A stretch of DNA of 64,000 nt from positions 1,088,086 to 1,152,085 of the forward strand of contig NMRA01000029.1 in assembly GCA_002633005.1 (NCBI GenBank). The letters are read 5' to 3'. Below are positions 49,649 through 61,615 of the stretch, piece by piece. The notes under the pieces are model-generated. The model was not told the DNA's origin. It saw nothing but the letters and a program-made list of their open reading frames with translations, and made no database searches. This DNA is from Phoronis australis (taxonomy: Eukaryota > Animalia > Phoronida). The position numbers and the translations under genes were made by a program. The number at the start of each line of letters is the position of its first letter. Positions within the stretch are counted from its first letter, which is position 1.

Positions 49649-52261
49649 TCAACGATCCTCTTCGTCGCCACTTTTGCCGCTGTTCTGATTTTCTTCGCGC
49701 TGTCGTCGATATTGAGACATGTCTCTCATGTAGGACACGGCTTGTTCTAAGTCGCGCAGTTTTGTTTTCAAATCGGCATTCTCGGCTTTTATCTCTTTCA
49801 AATTGTCAGACGTTGTCTTAGTCATCTCTTGAGAATCTTGACCAGACACTGCACTCGGAGTCCGAGCCTCAGCGCGCGGCAGATCCGCCAATCTTTCCGG
49901 CACATTTACAGGCGTTAGGCAGTTGTTACTTACGTTTTCCGTCATCGGCATAGGAACCGGATAGCGATGTTGATATGTTTGTCCATACGCGGCCACGTAA
50001 AACCCAAAAGCGCCGGGTGGATATTGGAATGGTGGTGGCGTGTAGAATGACGGCGCCTGTCCGTGATTGTCGCGAGTGTCGTAATTAGAATCCTGGTTCT
50101 GCGGTTGGAATGACTGCATTGGTGGCAATTTCGCTCCGTGTGCTGTTGAGGGGTCGCTATTGTAATCCACAACACCGTGACTGGTGTTCTCGCTGAGGGC
50201 GCCAGAGGGGGCAGACGACTGATCCGTAGAATTATAACCAGGCACCGAGTGACCTTCGCTGGCCAAAGCAAGTCGCGTCGCGTCACGATCCGCTCGCAGT
50301 CTGGCCAACTCCTGTCGAAGCATTGCGTTTTCCTGCTCACAAATAAGCATTCTTTCTCGGATTGAGTATTCTTGCTGGCGTTTTGCCTCTCTCGACTTCT
50401 TAGCTGCCTCGTTGTTTCGCTTTCGTTTTTCCCAATACCTATAGTGCATAAACAAAATATTATTTTCCTTGTCCAACCGTCATCTCAGGTGAGTAGGTAG
50501 GCATGTAAAATATTTTATATTCTGACTTTTCATTGTCAAAGGGCGACCATTTTTGTTAGCAAAATATTCCGTATTTAAAGTTGGAAGAAATAATTCTTTT
50601 GTCAAATAAAATATTTTGAGTGGCACACATATTTCAAGGTAGGACGCGCGGAGGTAAAAAAGCTTAATTTTAAGCTTTGCCCAACTTAAGAAAGGATCCC
50701 AACTGAACCTTCTTTTACAAATTTGTAAGTCGCTCACTCACTTAACTCCGCAAAACTCTTTTTTCTTCGGAAAAAGTTCGCGGTTGAGTCGTGGCTTACA
50801 AGTCGTCATATTTTGCGTAACTTGACACATTCTCTATCAACTAATTACAAGTAGAAGTCTTCACAAAGGGCATCGCCACATCTAACAAGTACAGCAAGTT
50901 CGCACGCTCGCGCTTGCTCAGAAAGGTCAGAGGTGACTTATCATCTTGGGAAAAACAGGCAGTTTGTTTTTAGTTGAAACCAGGCGTGCGTTCAGTAACA
51001 CTAGGACCAACGCTAGGACCTAGCTAAAATCTAGCCAAAGTCACGTGTTCTAATTTAAAATACAGTGCAATATCTCGCGCAAACTCGCGAGGTCTTGCTT
51101 TTTAGTAAGGTCCTAGCGTTACTGAACGGGAGGCCGGCGTGCGTTCAGTAGACGCTAGGACCTACGCTAGGACCTACGCTAGGACCTAGCTAAAACCTAG
51201 TCGAAGTCACGTGTTCTTATTTAAATTGCATGGCAATATCTCGCGTAATCTCGCGAAGTCTTGCTTTTTAGCGAGGTCCTAGCGTTACTGAACGGGAGAC
51301 TGGCTCAAGAAGTTAGTTTTGACCTGACAGGTCATTCTATGACCCGACAGGTCATTCTGTGTGCCGAGCATGGTCTCAAGTATTAAAGAAGTGCCAGTTG
51401 TTTCCAAGCACAGAAATCATTTCTATGTTAATCTAAGTAAGGAAAAAAATTAACTTTTGAAAACGCAAAAGTCTTACGAAATTGACACAGACGGGTGACC
51501 ACAATTTTTAAGCCATTTTGTGGGCAAGAAGATCATCATGGGCGGGCTGAGGGGGTTAAAGCCCCACTTTTTTCAATGCTGCGCCTCCATGGTCTATGGG
51601 CGGTGCTCCACAGGTGGCCTGGGTTGCTACAGTCCCGCCTTTTTTCAGTGCTGCGCCGCCCATGATCATGATAAATTAAAATAAAAAATCTCGTATTTGG
51701 GACAGATTCCAGGATTTAGGACACCGATATACCCAGCTGAAATTAACTTTTCTTGATTCTAAGGATTGGGACAAGGGTGATTTTGGCATTGGATTTTGAA
51801 TAGAATTTCCTGACTATCCGGTTTCTCTATTGATATAGCTAAATCGGCGATACAATTAGTTTCAACTTGTTCCTTACTCAGAAAAGAAAAAATTTCTGGG
51901 TTTGCAAAGAATTGACCGTTCGCTATTCCTTGAGAGGGCGTGCCCGTCGCATTGAATAGCGCCTTTGACAAAGCTTACTCGTAGAGTGTGATCTCAAGCA
52001 CTATCTAGCGGTCGGTTCTTTCGAGGTTGTCCCTAGTTTTGGTTGAAAATCTTTAGGGACAATTTCAAAACGGTAAGGGGTCTAAACCAAAAGTTGTTTC
52101 TGCGATGAAAGGCGGGTTTAAATTAGCAAAATCTTAACTCACCGATCGTCTTTCAGCCCATCCGGCATGGGTCGCTTTGCTCGCCTCGAGGTTTTGTTGC
52201 CGGTGGACGAATCTGGAGTGAGGGGATATTCCCGAGAACTCTGAAAACCCGGCGTTTCCAT
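49649..52261 (-). CDS. bZIP transcription factor of the PAR/E4BP4 group, most like NFIL3/vrille (2 coding exons, 302 aa)
   Basis: Exons 52143-52261 (METPGF...RRAKRPMPDGLKDDR) and 49649-50438 (YWEKRKRNNEAAKKSREAKR + zipper). A second C-terminal coiled coil ENADLKTKLRDLEQAV resembles the NFIL3/vrille C-terminal motif. An acceptor AG at 52269-52268 implies a further upstream exon. AATAAA lies on the minus strand near 49591-49596. Confidence 0.85.
50981..51302. mobile_element. Two head-to-tail ~155-165-bp MITEs in the bZIP intron
   Basis: Each has inverted arms gttcagtaacgctaggacc / ggtcctagcgttactgaac and a central gtcacgtgtt. Confidence 0.8.
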
Positions 52262-52882
52262 TATAATCTGAAAAAAAAAACAACGCAAATCATACTTACT
52301 GGCCAATTTAAATCACAGGCGGATTAAGNGGGGGGGGAGTGCGCTGTCGGGATGCCATTCTTAGAGCTTGCGTGGACATTTCTCTTTGAAAATTGTGGTT
52401 GGGCGCCCCCTTGCACCACCCTTGATCAGCGAGTGTCAATCATTACGTACTTCAATTTGACTCCTTTGGCGTGGTCTACTCGCGCCTGCAGAGTTTGAGT
52501 ATGACGAAACTCAGAGCATCGAAGAACTTTTTATTAAAGGACGATTTGTCGTGAGCAAATCTTATACTGCTCATTGCGAGTATAAACCACGTGATTTTGT
52601 AACACGACCTTCTAAATGACGTACTGGAAACTGTAATTAGCCGTAAATGAAAGGGTCATATTTTTCACTAATTGTCATTGACCAAGCGATCTGCAACGTC
52701 CACGAAAGTAGTATCATTACATTGAGACGTAATATGAGTAGTTACGATAATTATTAATCTCACCAGTTGGGCCGCAGAGAATTTAGAATACTTTCAATAT
52801 GACAGACGGCCGACTAATAACAGTCTAAAGTAATGAGAGCACAGAAGCATTGACTTTCGCTTGATTGAATCTCAGGCTAAGA

Positions 52883-53027
52883 CCAGGCGTGCGTTCAGTA
52901 ACGCTAGGACCAAGCTAAAAAATCTAGACAAAGTCACGTGTTCTCATCTAATATACACAGCAATATCTCACGTACTCTCGTGAAATCTTGCTTTTTAACG
53001 AGGTCCTGGCGTTACTGAACGGGAGGC
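52883..53027. mobile_element. Third copy of the same MITE, upstream of the bZIP ATG exon
   Basis: Same arms and CACGTG core. Confidence 0.8.
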
Positions 53028-53214
53028 AGATCTCATCGAAATCATAAACTGGTTCAACAAATGCCCTAGCTACAACTGTGACTCAGGACACCAGGGGAAA
53101 TAGGTAGCTCGCAGCAAGCACACTCGATGTAGTTTCTCATGGATAAAGAAATTTAATGAAGCCATCACTTCTTGCCTCGGTACGACTGCCGGAAAAAAAT
53201 GACCAAAAAAATTT

Positions 53215-53571
53215 GCGAATTTGGCATTTTCTCCTCAAAATTATATTTCACGACTGTTCCGGTCTCAGAGCGGAGACAAAATTGCAATGTTCTTGACCTC
53301 CAAATACCAGAACATTACGCTGAAACTATGCCATTTCCAACCAATGTTTTTTTTTTCAATTTTCAATTGTCTCAAGAGTACCTGTAGTTGCAGCGAATTT
53401 GGCATTTTCTCCTCAAAATTATATTTCACGACTGTTCCGGTCCCAGAGCGGAGACAACATTGCAAATGTTCTTGACCTCCAAATACCAGAACATTACGCT
53501 GAAACTATGCCATTTCCAACCAATTTTTTTTCAATTTTCAATTGTCTCAAGAGTACCTGTATTTGCAGCGA
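53215..53571. repeat. 178-bp tandem duplication (2 copies)
   Basis: gcgaatttggcattttctcctc starts at 53215 and 53393; copies nearly identical. Confidence 0.9.
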
Positions 53572-54735
53572 AGAATTCGCCCTGAGCATGGAAGACCTCT
53601 CCAACGGAACTTACACATCCGGGTAATACAGAATAGAATCCAGATGAGCCAACGTTTGTACTCAAAACTACCAAGGTCAAAGAACTACAGCAACCATCGG
53701 CAGAAATCACTCAGACTGAATCCACATACTTGTCACGAAACCTGGCCCACAGCATGTTTTCATGTTTTGAGCAGCTACAAAAACCGGAACCGTGGCTTTA
53801 GATCTCACAACAAACCGATGTTGACTTCTTGTTAAGTCCTTTGGGTGGCATTGGACAGTTGGACTGAGGCCGCGGCCAATTTGCACTCCCAAAATATTAA
53901 AATCTAGGGGTAGGCCAGGCTTGAGGTCATTTTTTAGTTGGGTAATGTATGTAGGCCAAGTGAATTTGGTTTGTTTGTATTTGTGAACATGCTGAGCTGC
54001 ACTCTTCTATACGATGGTGGACCCCTGTTGCAATTGTGCATTGCTGTGTAGCAACTGAGAAGTTGGAAGCGACTTCAGGTAGCCCTCAAACAAGCCAGAT
54101 TTGCAAAAAAAAAACAGTTGGTTGACAGTACGTTTGGACCACATTTTTGAAATCGGTAGGAAATTTGCTTTCGGACTCTAATGTTGGCTTTAGTCGGGAA
54201 GTGGTAGATTGGGGCGAAAAGTGACGATTTTGCATTTTTTACCCTTATTTTTCTTAGTCTATCTTGGTTTCCACTGGGAGTGAAGGGGTAAAAAATACAA
54301 GAGAACAAAGTTTCTGTACTCATCTGTAGGGCTTGTTATGTGAAATGACTCAAAACGTTTCTTTACTTGCATGCAGTTTTTGACAGAGTGAAGAAAGGGT
54401 GAAGAGTTTATTGACGTGCGCTCTGCTAGTCAAACCCCTGTGAGAACTGTTCAGTGCCTCCTTGGCAATAGCTCACTTCGAAATAGCCGTGTCATATTGA
54501 AATTCACTAACCCGATCGGGCCTATGGTGGACAGTTGTTCAGCGCCACCTACAGATCCCATGCAATGCGGACATGAGGTTTAAACCTGCTGGTAAAAACA
54601 GCGTTTTAACACCTTTCTTGGTATTAAAATGCCGGCAAACTTCCACTGATGTGTGGCGGGATCTACCAATGCCACACGAAAAAGGTAAGCCTTTTCAAAT
54701 ATCAAGGACATCCTGTTCCATGCAATTCCCACTGC

Positions 54736-55936
54736 AACATGAGCAACGCGGAGCGTTGAAATGCGCCCACGAATGCAACGCAAACGGTGTGCTTCTATGG
54801 TTATTTGTTTTATAAAAATGGCGCAAAAACATCCAACCCTCCTGAAAACGGGAAAATGCCATCGCTTCAATAATAGAAAGCTATTTACCAAATTTCATAA
54901 ACATCTGTCAAAGAACTTCAGAGAAACGTAGGAGAACGGAAAAATGAAATTGCCACTATGGGGCACAGCGTTCATTGGATCGTACTGAAAGACTGTTAGC
55001 TTCATATAAATACAATTACTAAATTTAATAAAAATCATGCAGTGTGTTGAGGAGATGCAGCCGTGGGGGCAAAACAAAACAAAACAATCCTTAGGAGGCG
55101 CTACAGTAGTCGAATTCGTTATAGTCAACCACCCTCTTCACACTGAGAACGTACACGCCGATCTTCAAAATCATGGTTTGCTTGATCGAAGGGTAGACCC
55201 ATAAAAAACAGGACTCGAAAACAGGAAAAATGGCCACTAGGGGGCGCAAAGTACCTCGATTCTATCCGAAAACGGGAACATGGCATCATCTCACCAATAG
55301 ATGCCTATATTCCAAATTTTCTGAAAATCTGTTGAGGACCTTTGAAGATACAGAGGTTAACTTAAAAAAACTGAAATTGCCACTAGGGGGCACACCGGTA
55401 GTCGGATCCGTCCGAAAGTCGTCGTCATTTATTGTCAACATCATATAAATACACTTGCTAAGATCCTGCCAACGGTTTAGGAGATACATCCATGGGCGCA
55501 AAAAACAAAACAAAACTGCCACTAGGAGGCGCCACAGTAGACGAAATCGTCGCAAAATCATCGTCAGCCGTCCTCTTCATAGTAAAAACATACAAGCCAA
55601 TTTTCACAATCATCCTTAGAGCGGTTTGGTTGATAGAGGGTGGACGCAAAAAACAGGCTCGAAAATAGCAAAAAATGACCACTAGGTGACGCAAACTTCG
55701 TCGAATCTATCTGAAAACGAAAGGATAGCGTCTAAAAAAACTTAAATTTTCACCCCGGCCACACCGGTAGTTGGATCCGTTCGAAAGTTCGCTCATGCCA
55801 TCCATCCACGAAAGGAACACATGTGTCAAATTTCATGAACGTATGTCAAAGGGTTTTGGAGATAGAGCAGCGGACGCCGGACTGATGGAGATGACGGCAT
55901 ATTGCGTCCACATATAAATATGTGGGCGCATAAAAA
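54736..55936 (-). mobile_element. Second copy of the HINE/DINE-1-like element
   Basis: Same hairpin, atgcgcccac / gtgggcgcat ends and gccactag minisatellite. Confidence 0.7.
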
Positions 55937-58900
55937 GGTATCTCCGCGACAAAGCGAGAGAATTTCGATCCCATCCGGAGTCAAAAAGCTAAAATAAACT
56001 AGTGAACTTTAACTAATCAAACAATAGGAGGCGCTGACAGTGGAATTTATTCCTTTGCTCTTATGTAGCAATTGAATTTCTGTCCACCAAATTTGAATCG
56101 GGATCAATCAGAAGACACTATCGGGAACTCATCACTCTAGAGAACTCCATTATGGTAAGTTCCCTATTTGACATCACAGTGAAAGCAAAGGAAATAAATA
56201 CGGTGTAATTTAATTATTCACGAAGTAATGTAATTATTTACGCCGCAAACTACCTTTTACCGGCGTAAAGTAATTATATAGGGGGCAAATTAAAGTTTAC
56301 TTTGTTTCCACCGACATCCAGAACACCTCGGGTATTTTCGTAACCTGACTGGAGATGGCAAATACGCAAATATAATGAAACACCTCAGACAGGAAGTTTG
56401 AGACCATAAATCAAGAGTCAGAAGACACTGCAGCATCGTCCACAAGGCTCAAGACTGCTCTGATCCGTGTAGTCATTTAAGGCTTGGTTAGGGGAATTGC
56501 CTTCTGCGCAATGATTGTCCGCTGCCTGGACGACATTAAAACAAAGGCAGATTTTAACTATTTTTTGTTCGTCTTCGAGTACTTATTTTCAATTCTTTTT
56601 ATTAATTGTATCATAGAAATTAATCTGTTTCGAATCAAAATATATTTTGCGATAATTTAATCCTAAATTGATACAATTTGCGGTTAGCTTTCATTTTTAT
56701 ATTATACTGCAGAAAATTTCAAAGTTATATTACTCGTCATATTAAGGCGATTTCCGTTAAAATGTGTCAGAATTCCGACAATTTGATTTCCCATAACCAA
56801 GCCACAAATGGCTAAACCGATCAGCGCCATCTTGAGGCTTGGGGACGAGGCTGGAAGACACGGTAATCGGTTTGTCCCTACTTGACGTCATATCCCCTGG
56901 CGCGAGCAATGTAAAAATAGCCAGTTGCGGATTAGGGCAACTAAACGAAGGATTGCTCGAAAAAACGTGATTACGGGGTATTTGTTCGAGTTGTAAGGAA
57001 TTAAAGACATCGGCGGCCTTCTAAGGTGTCCCTCTATGCGCAAAAGTCCTTATACATGCAACGTGACTTCGATGGTTTAATCAGTGTGAGGCATAATTCG
57101 CCGAACAGCTTCCTGCGTATGAAAGCCCTATGGGAGCATCACCGTCTCTATTGTTAAGTAGCAACGGTGGCACTGTGTACCACGACCACAAGACATCTTG
57201 GATTTCTTAGCGTTTACCTGTCCCATAAATCTTTAAAAACCTTCGTCAATTCTGTTTTAGCAGCGCAACTTATTCAATGAGAACGGCTTCCGTGTCAGTT
57301 TCCAGCTCGAAGCATATACTGCAAACGAGCGGTGAACATGCTGGCAGTTCCAAAAATGCTAGAGTTTACGCCAGACAGACGATCTGATCGCGAAGGGGCC
57401 ATTTACGAAAGCTATTAGTTTGTTTCCTTTTAAGGGAAAATAAGTGTCAACACACGTCCATTTTCTGTCATATATTGATTAATGTGATGACAAACAAAGT
57501 CCGCCTCTGGACATTTTCGTCATTTGAAGTAAGCAGTCTGGCTACAAAAGTGCGCATCATGACGGCCGTTTTCGGCACAAGCGAAAGTGCTAGACAAAAC
57601 GCTGTCGTGTTAGCAAGTGCAACGTATAATTAGTACGAGTTGTGTTTTCAGCATCACGACTCGTTGCTCTCCACGGGTACATACATTTCCGAGTTTATTT
57701 CTTTCTGATGTCGTGTCACGGAGAAGGTATTGATCGACACTAAAAATCCTGTGACAAGGTTTCGACTAATTACGTTGAATAAGATGAATACTTCTCTCTT
57801 GCGTAACCAATGGGCGCAGAAGCCGTCAGTGACTTAACCTATTATGCAATTTCTGTCATCGGATCGTCAGACGAAAAACAAATATTGACCCCAGCTCAAT
57901 AACACGTTTCTCTTCAAACAGGCTCCATGAGGCAACACTATCTGGGTAACGGACCTAACCGATGTCATTTTTTACTTAAAATTGTAAATTTCATGCCCAG
58001 ATCCACATGTTCCCGGGGTCATAATCCCATTACGTTTTTGCCGGGGACGCAGTTAGGAAAGTAGGATATAATCACCCACTTGGAAAGAGGACAACTTGTA
58101 AAAAGAGGTCCCTTCGGGAAGTAGCAGGGGAATCTATGAAGAAGTCGCCCATTCGCAGAGTTTGTTCCAGAGGCACCAGCCTACAGAATGGGGTGGGTGG
58201 GTTAATTTCACAACTTAGCCCTTTTTGGGATTCTTAGATAGCAATCTTTTAAGGTTATGTAGGAACTTGCCAAATATCTACACGACTATCGATTTTTAAC
58301 ATTGCAAAGGAAGATATTTTCCGAATAAAACACATTCTATTTTTATATGCAAAAGAGGACCATTTTAAGGCAATTCCTAAAAGCGTTTTGGGGAACACAG
58401 TACAAGTATATCTGAAAGTTTCATGTGAATACGATCAGCCATTCCTGAGATCAGGCGATGTTACTAATTTGGCCAAAACTGGACATTTTTCTGCTATCCT
58501 AAGTAACCAGGAGGCCTTGGACAGCTAGTCAAGGAGAACCAAACTCTTTGCCGCAACCCACATGTACACGACTGCCAACATACGGGCCCATATGCCAGAA
58601 CCTGTTTGGTATATTTAATTGAGTACATGCAAATCGGACATGGGTCACTGGGTACTTTTACACAGAATATAGACTCAACAAAACTGGCGAAAACGCAAGA
58701 TCATGTCAAATCACGAGTTTACGCAGAGCTTACCTCGAACTAAGCTTCAACATCTGTGCATTAATAACTGCTAAACCCAGGCGCTTCAGCGTGGTAAACG
58801 CCAAGTTTTTACTTAATAACATGTGAGCACAGATGCTTTAGTATGTTAAACACCCAGGGTTTACATGTACTTGATCACATGCGGGCGCAGGCGCTTTAGC

Positions 58901-60430
58901 ATGTGAAACGCCCGGAATTTACTTGCTCACACACGGTTATGAAATGAGTGAAAATTATTCCGGTAACCCGGTAGTCCTATTTAAAGACGAAGTCGGATTT
59001 TTTGTACGCGCACTCAGCTTTCCTAACAATTTGAAAATAAAACGACAATCACACGAAGTAATCTGCATTCTCAGTCATACCTACGTGCGTCAAAATATGT
59101 CTGTCCCATCGAAATCTTTGAATGCTACAAAGTACAATACAATGCTCAACGTTGACTGGATTCATACCACAGTTTGGGTGTAGACGCGAGAATTCTTATC
59201 TATTGAGTTGTATTTTTAATGGACATTCTCGGCGAGAAAACTAATTTTACAAAACTTAAAAATAGCAGTGTGGAATCGAACCCATTTGCTCCACAGAATC
59301 AAATCCTACGCGCTGAATTGCAGATTATTAAGGGTAGACAGTAGACATCAGCCTTGATTTCGACGAATGGCTGGCAGACAAAGCGTAAGAATTGGTAATT
59401 TGTAATAAAATCACAAAACATAACGGATTTTGATGTTTAACGTTGCCAAAGCCACCAACTTCAAGATATCTACTACATCCAACGATAATCTCAAAATGCG
59501 TTTTTCGGCCATAAAAAAGGTAATGTCCCTTTAATAGCGCACCAAATGATTTTTTTCGTTTAAACGGATATATGGAAACACGAAACACATAGGCTATCGC
59601 AACACATACATGCATCCCGCATTGCGCACTTGTGAAAACGAAGCTTTATGAAGAGAAAGTGGAGTCAACTATTACACAACAACAGTGTCGAATTGCATAA
59701 CTAGCCTCTAAGCCTTCTGCACTCGGAAAAGGGCAAGTAACCAGCTTAACAAAAGGCATTCGTATGAAGAATTCACGTTATCACGAAGGGCCTTTTGCAT
59801 TACGGATTTAGAACGGGTGACAAACATTCCTTCTCGACCACAATAATTTTAGACCCAATACGAAAGATGATGTAGACGGGTATAAATTTAGAATGGCACA
59901 AGAGCTCGTGAGCCCTAAAAACGACCAGGGAATGGGCCAAAGTTAGTCCGATTACATAAGCGCAATGCGAAGATTTGGTCTGGACTATCTTTCGCAAACG
60001 TCTTGCCATTTTGCGCAAGTACGGAGTTCTCGCCATTTCGCGCACTCTCGACGTTGCTCCCTGTATGCTGTCACTGTACAACTTTAAACATGTGTAATCT
60101 TAGTACATTCATGTGGGAAGGTAATAATTTGTGACAGTAGGTTATGAAGCTGATTCAAAACATCTTCCAACCACGAACTAGTCTGGACTAACTGTAATGC
60201 GATAGCAGCTGAATCACTTTAGTCCAACATTTAAGTTTGATTATTTGTAAACATTTTTTAAGCTTTAAAATTACATCTTCAAAGACTTTATTAGATTCTA
60301 ACTTGAATATTTGCTACGGAAGCTGAATGCAATTTACAATTGTTAAGCTTAAAATAAAATTATTAACAAAAAGTAATTGAATTACTTTACATTGCGCAAG
60401 AGCGTTTTTACATAAAATAGTAAAACTAGT

Positions 60431-60528
60431 AAAACTAAAACGACGAGCGTCAGTACTAAAATATGTTAAAATCGAAACGTGGGGATATTATGATACATTT
60501 TAGTACCGACGCTCGTCGTTTTAGTTTT
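60431..60528. repeat. Short inverted repeat (hairpin / mini-MITE)
   Basis: aaaactaaaacgacgagcgtcagtactaaaa ... ttttagtaccgacgctcgtcgtttttagtttt. Confidence 0.75.
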
Positions 60529-61269
60529 GCTATTTAATATTTTTATTCGTCAGTAACTGCACGGCATTCCAACATCTATTTCTTTTTACATAAGCTGCGT
60601 CATGTGGTTGAAAGTTTTAAACACGTCGACTTTTTAGGCAAAAAGATCGTTTTTACGGTTCAAATCCTATACTCGTCTCAGATTTATGACATCGGCAAGC
60701 CTCGGGATTTTGACGAAATCTCCAAGAGGTTTTGCACATGTCACAAACCTGCGACTCGTGTAGGATTCTCTGCTTATCGATACCTACCGACAGATAAAGC
60801 TGCGTAGGTAAAGGGTTATCATTTTTGTTCGAGTCGTCAGAACTACCGAAGTACAGAAGAATGGGAGCTTGTTTCTACCAGAAAATTCCTCGTCAACGAT
60901 TTGGTAAGAAGTTTCCCAAAATGTGTGAAACAACTAACCAGTGCGCGCAGTACTAGAATCCAATCGAGTTGTGTGCACTCCACCAAGAACAAAGCAGCTG
61001 ACAATATGCAAACGTATATAATTATATACAACTGTATATAACGGTATATACATTATAGGATGTTATGTAAGATGTGAGTTATTGGTATGATCAGGAAGAC
61101 AGTCCTCAGCGTATAATGTTTGGGAATTCTACGCGGGCTGGAAACCTGAAGTCATGTATCGTATCAAGACCACGAAGTCGGGATACAAAAGCAATGCAAA
61201 GCGTTGTAATAAGCCAACGCATGCATCGTAAACGATATTCTTCTGAGCGTTTATCAACATCCTATGATG

Positions 61270-61615
61270 TCCAAAATTAGACGAACTTGTCCGAAAAACT
61301 GACGGTCCCGTTGTCTCCTTGATAGAAACCCACGTGCCGGATTTCATGGAAATCGTACAGGAACTGCGACGACATAGAAGCAAACGTAAAAAATAGAATT
61401 GCCACAACGAGGCACAGCGGTAGTCGAATCCATCCGAAAGAAGCTGTAAACTATTGCCACATTCATAGAAAAACACTTGTCTTTACGATATTTCACAAAT
61501 GTCATGCAAGGGCCGGTTTAGGGGATAAGCTGTAGATGCAGCTGCAGAAGCATAAACAAAATCGTCACTAGAAAGCGCCACAATAGTCGGACTCTTCGAA
61601 AATCAAAGTCAGCCG
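61270..61615. repeat. Highly diverged fragment of the gccactag minisatellite element
   Basis: aattgccacaacgaggcacagcggtagtcgaatccatccgaaa and cactagaaagcgccacaatagtcg resemble the subunits. Confidence 0.45.

Noticed and set aside
50439-50476. N-terminal MDKENNILFMHY of the 275-aa ORF
   Set aside because: Intronic read-through before the AG acceptor; the true upstream exon is 52143-52267.
54467-56166. Outer TIR element enclosing the second HINE copy
   Set aside because: Only weak inverted matches (gttcagcgccacctac / taggaggcgctgac); termini and TSD cannot be fixed.
59262-59320. tRNA gene on the minus strand (ggttcgattcc B-box)
   Set aside because: No complete cloverleaf; at most a decayed SINE head.
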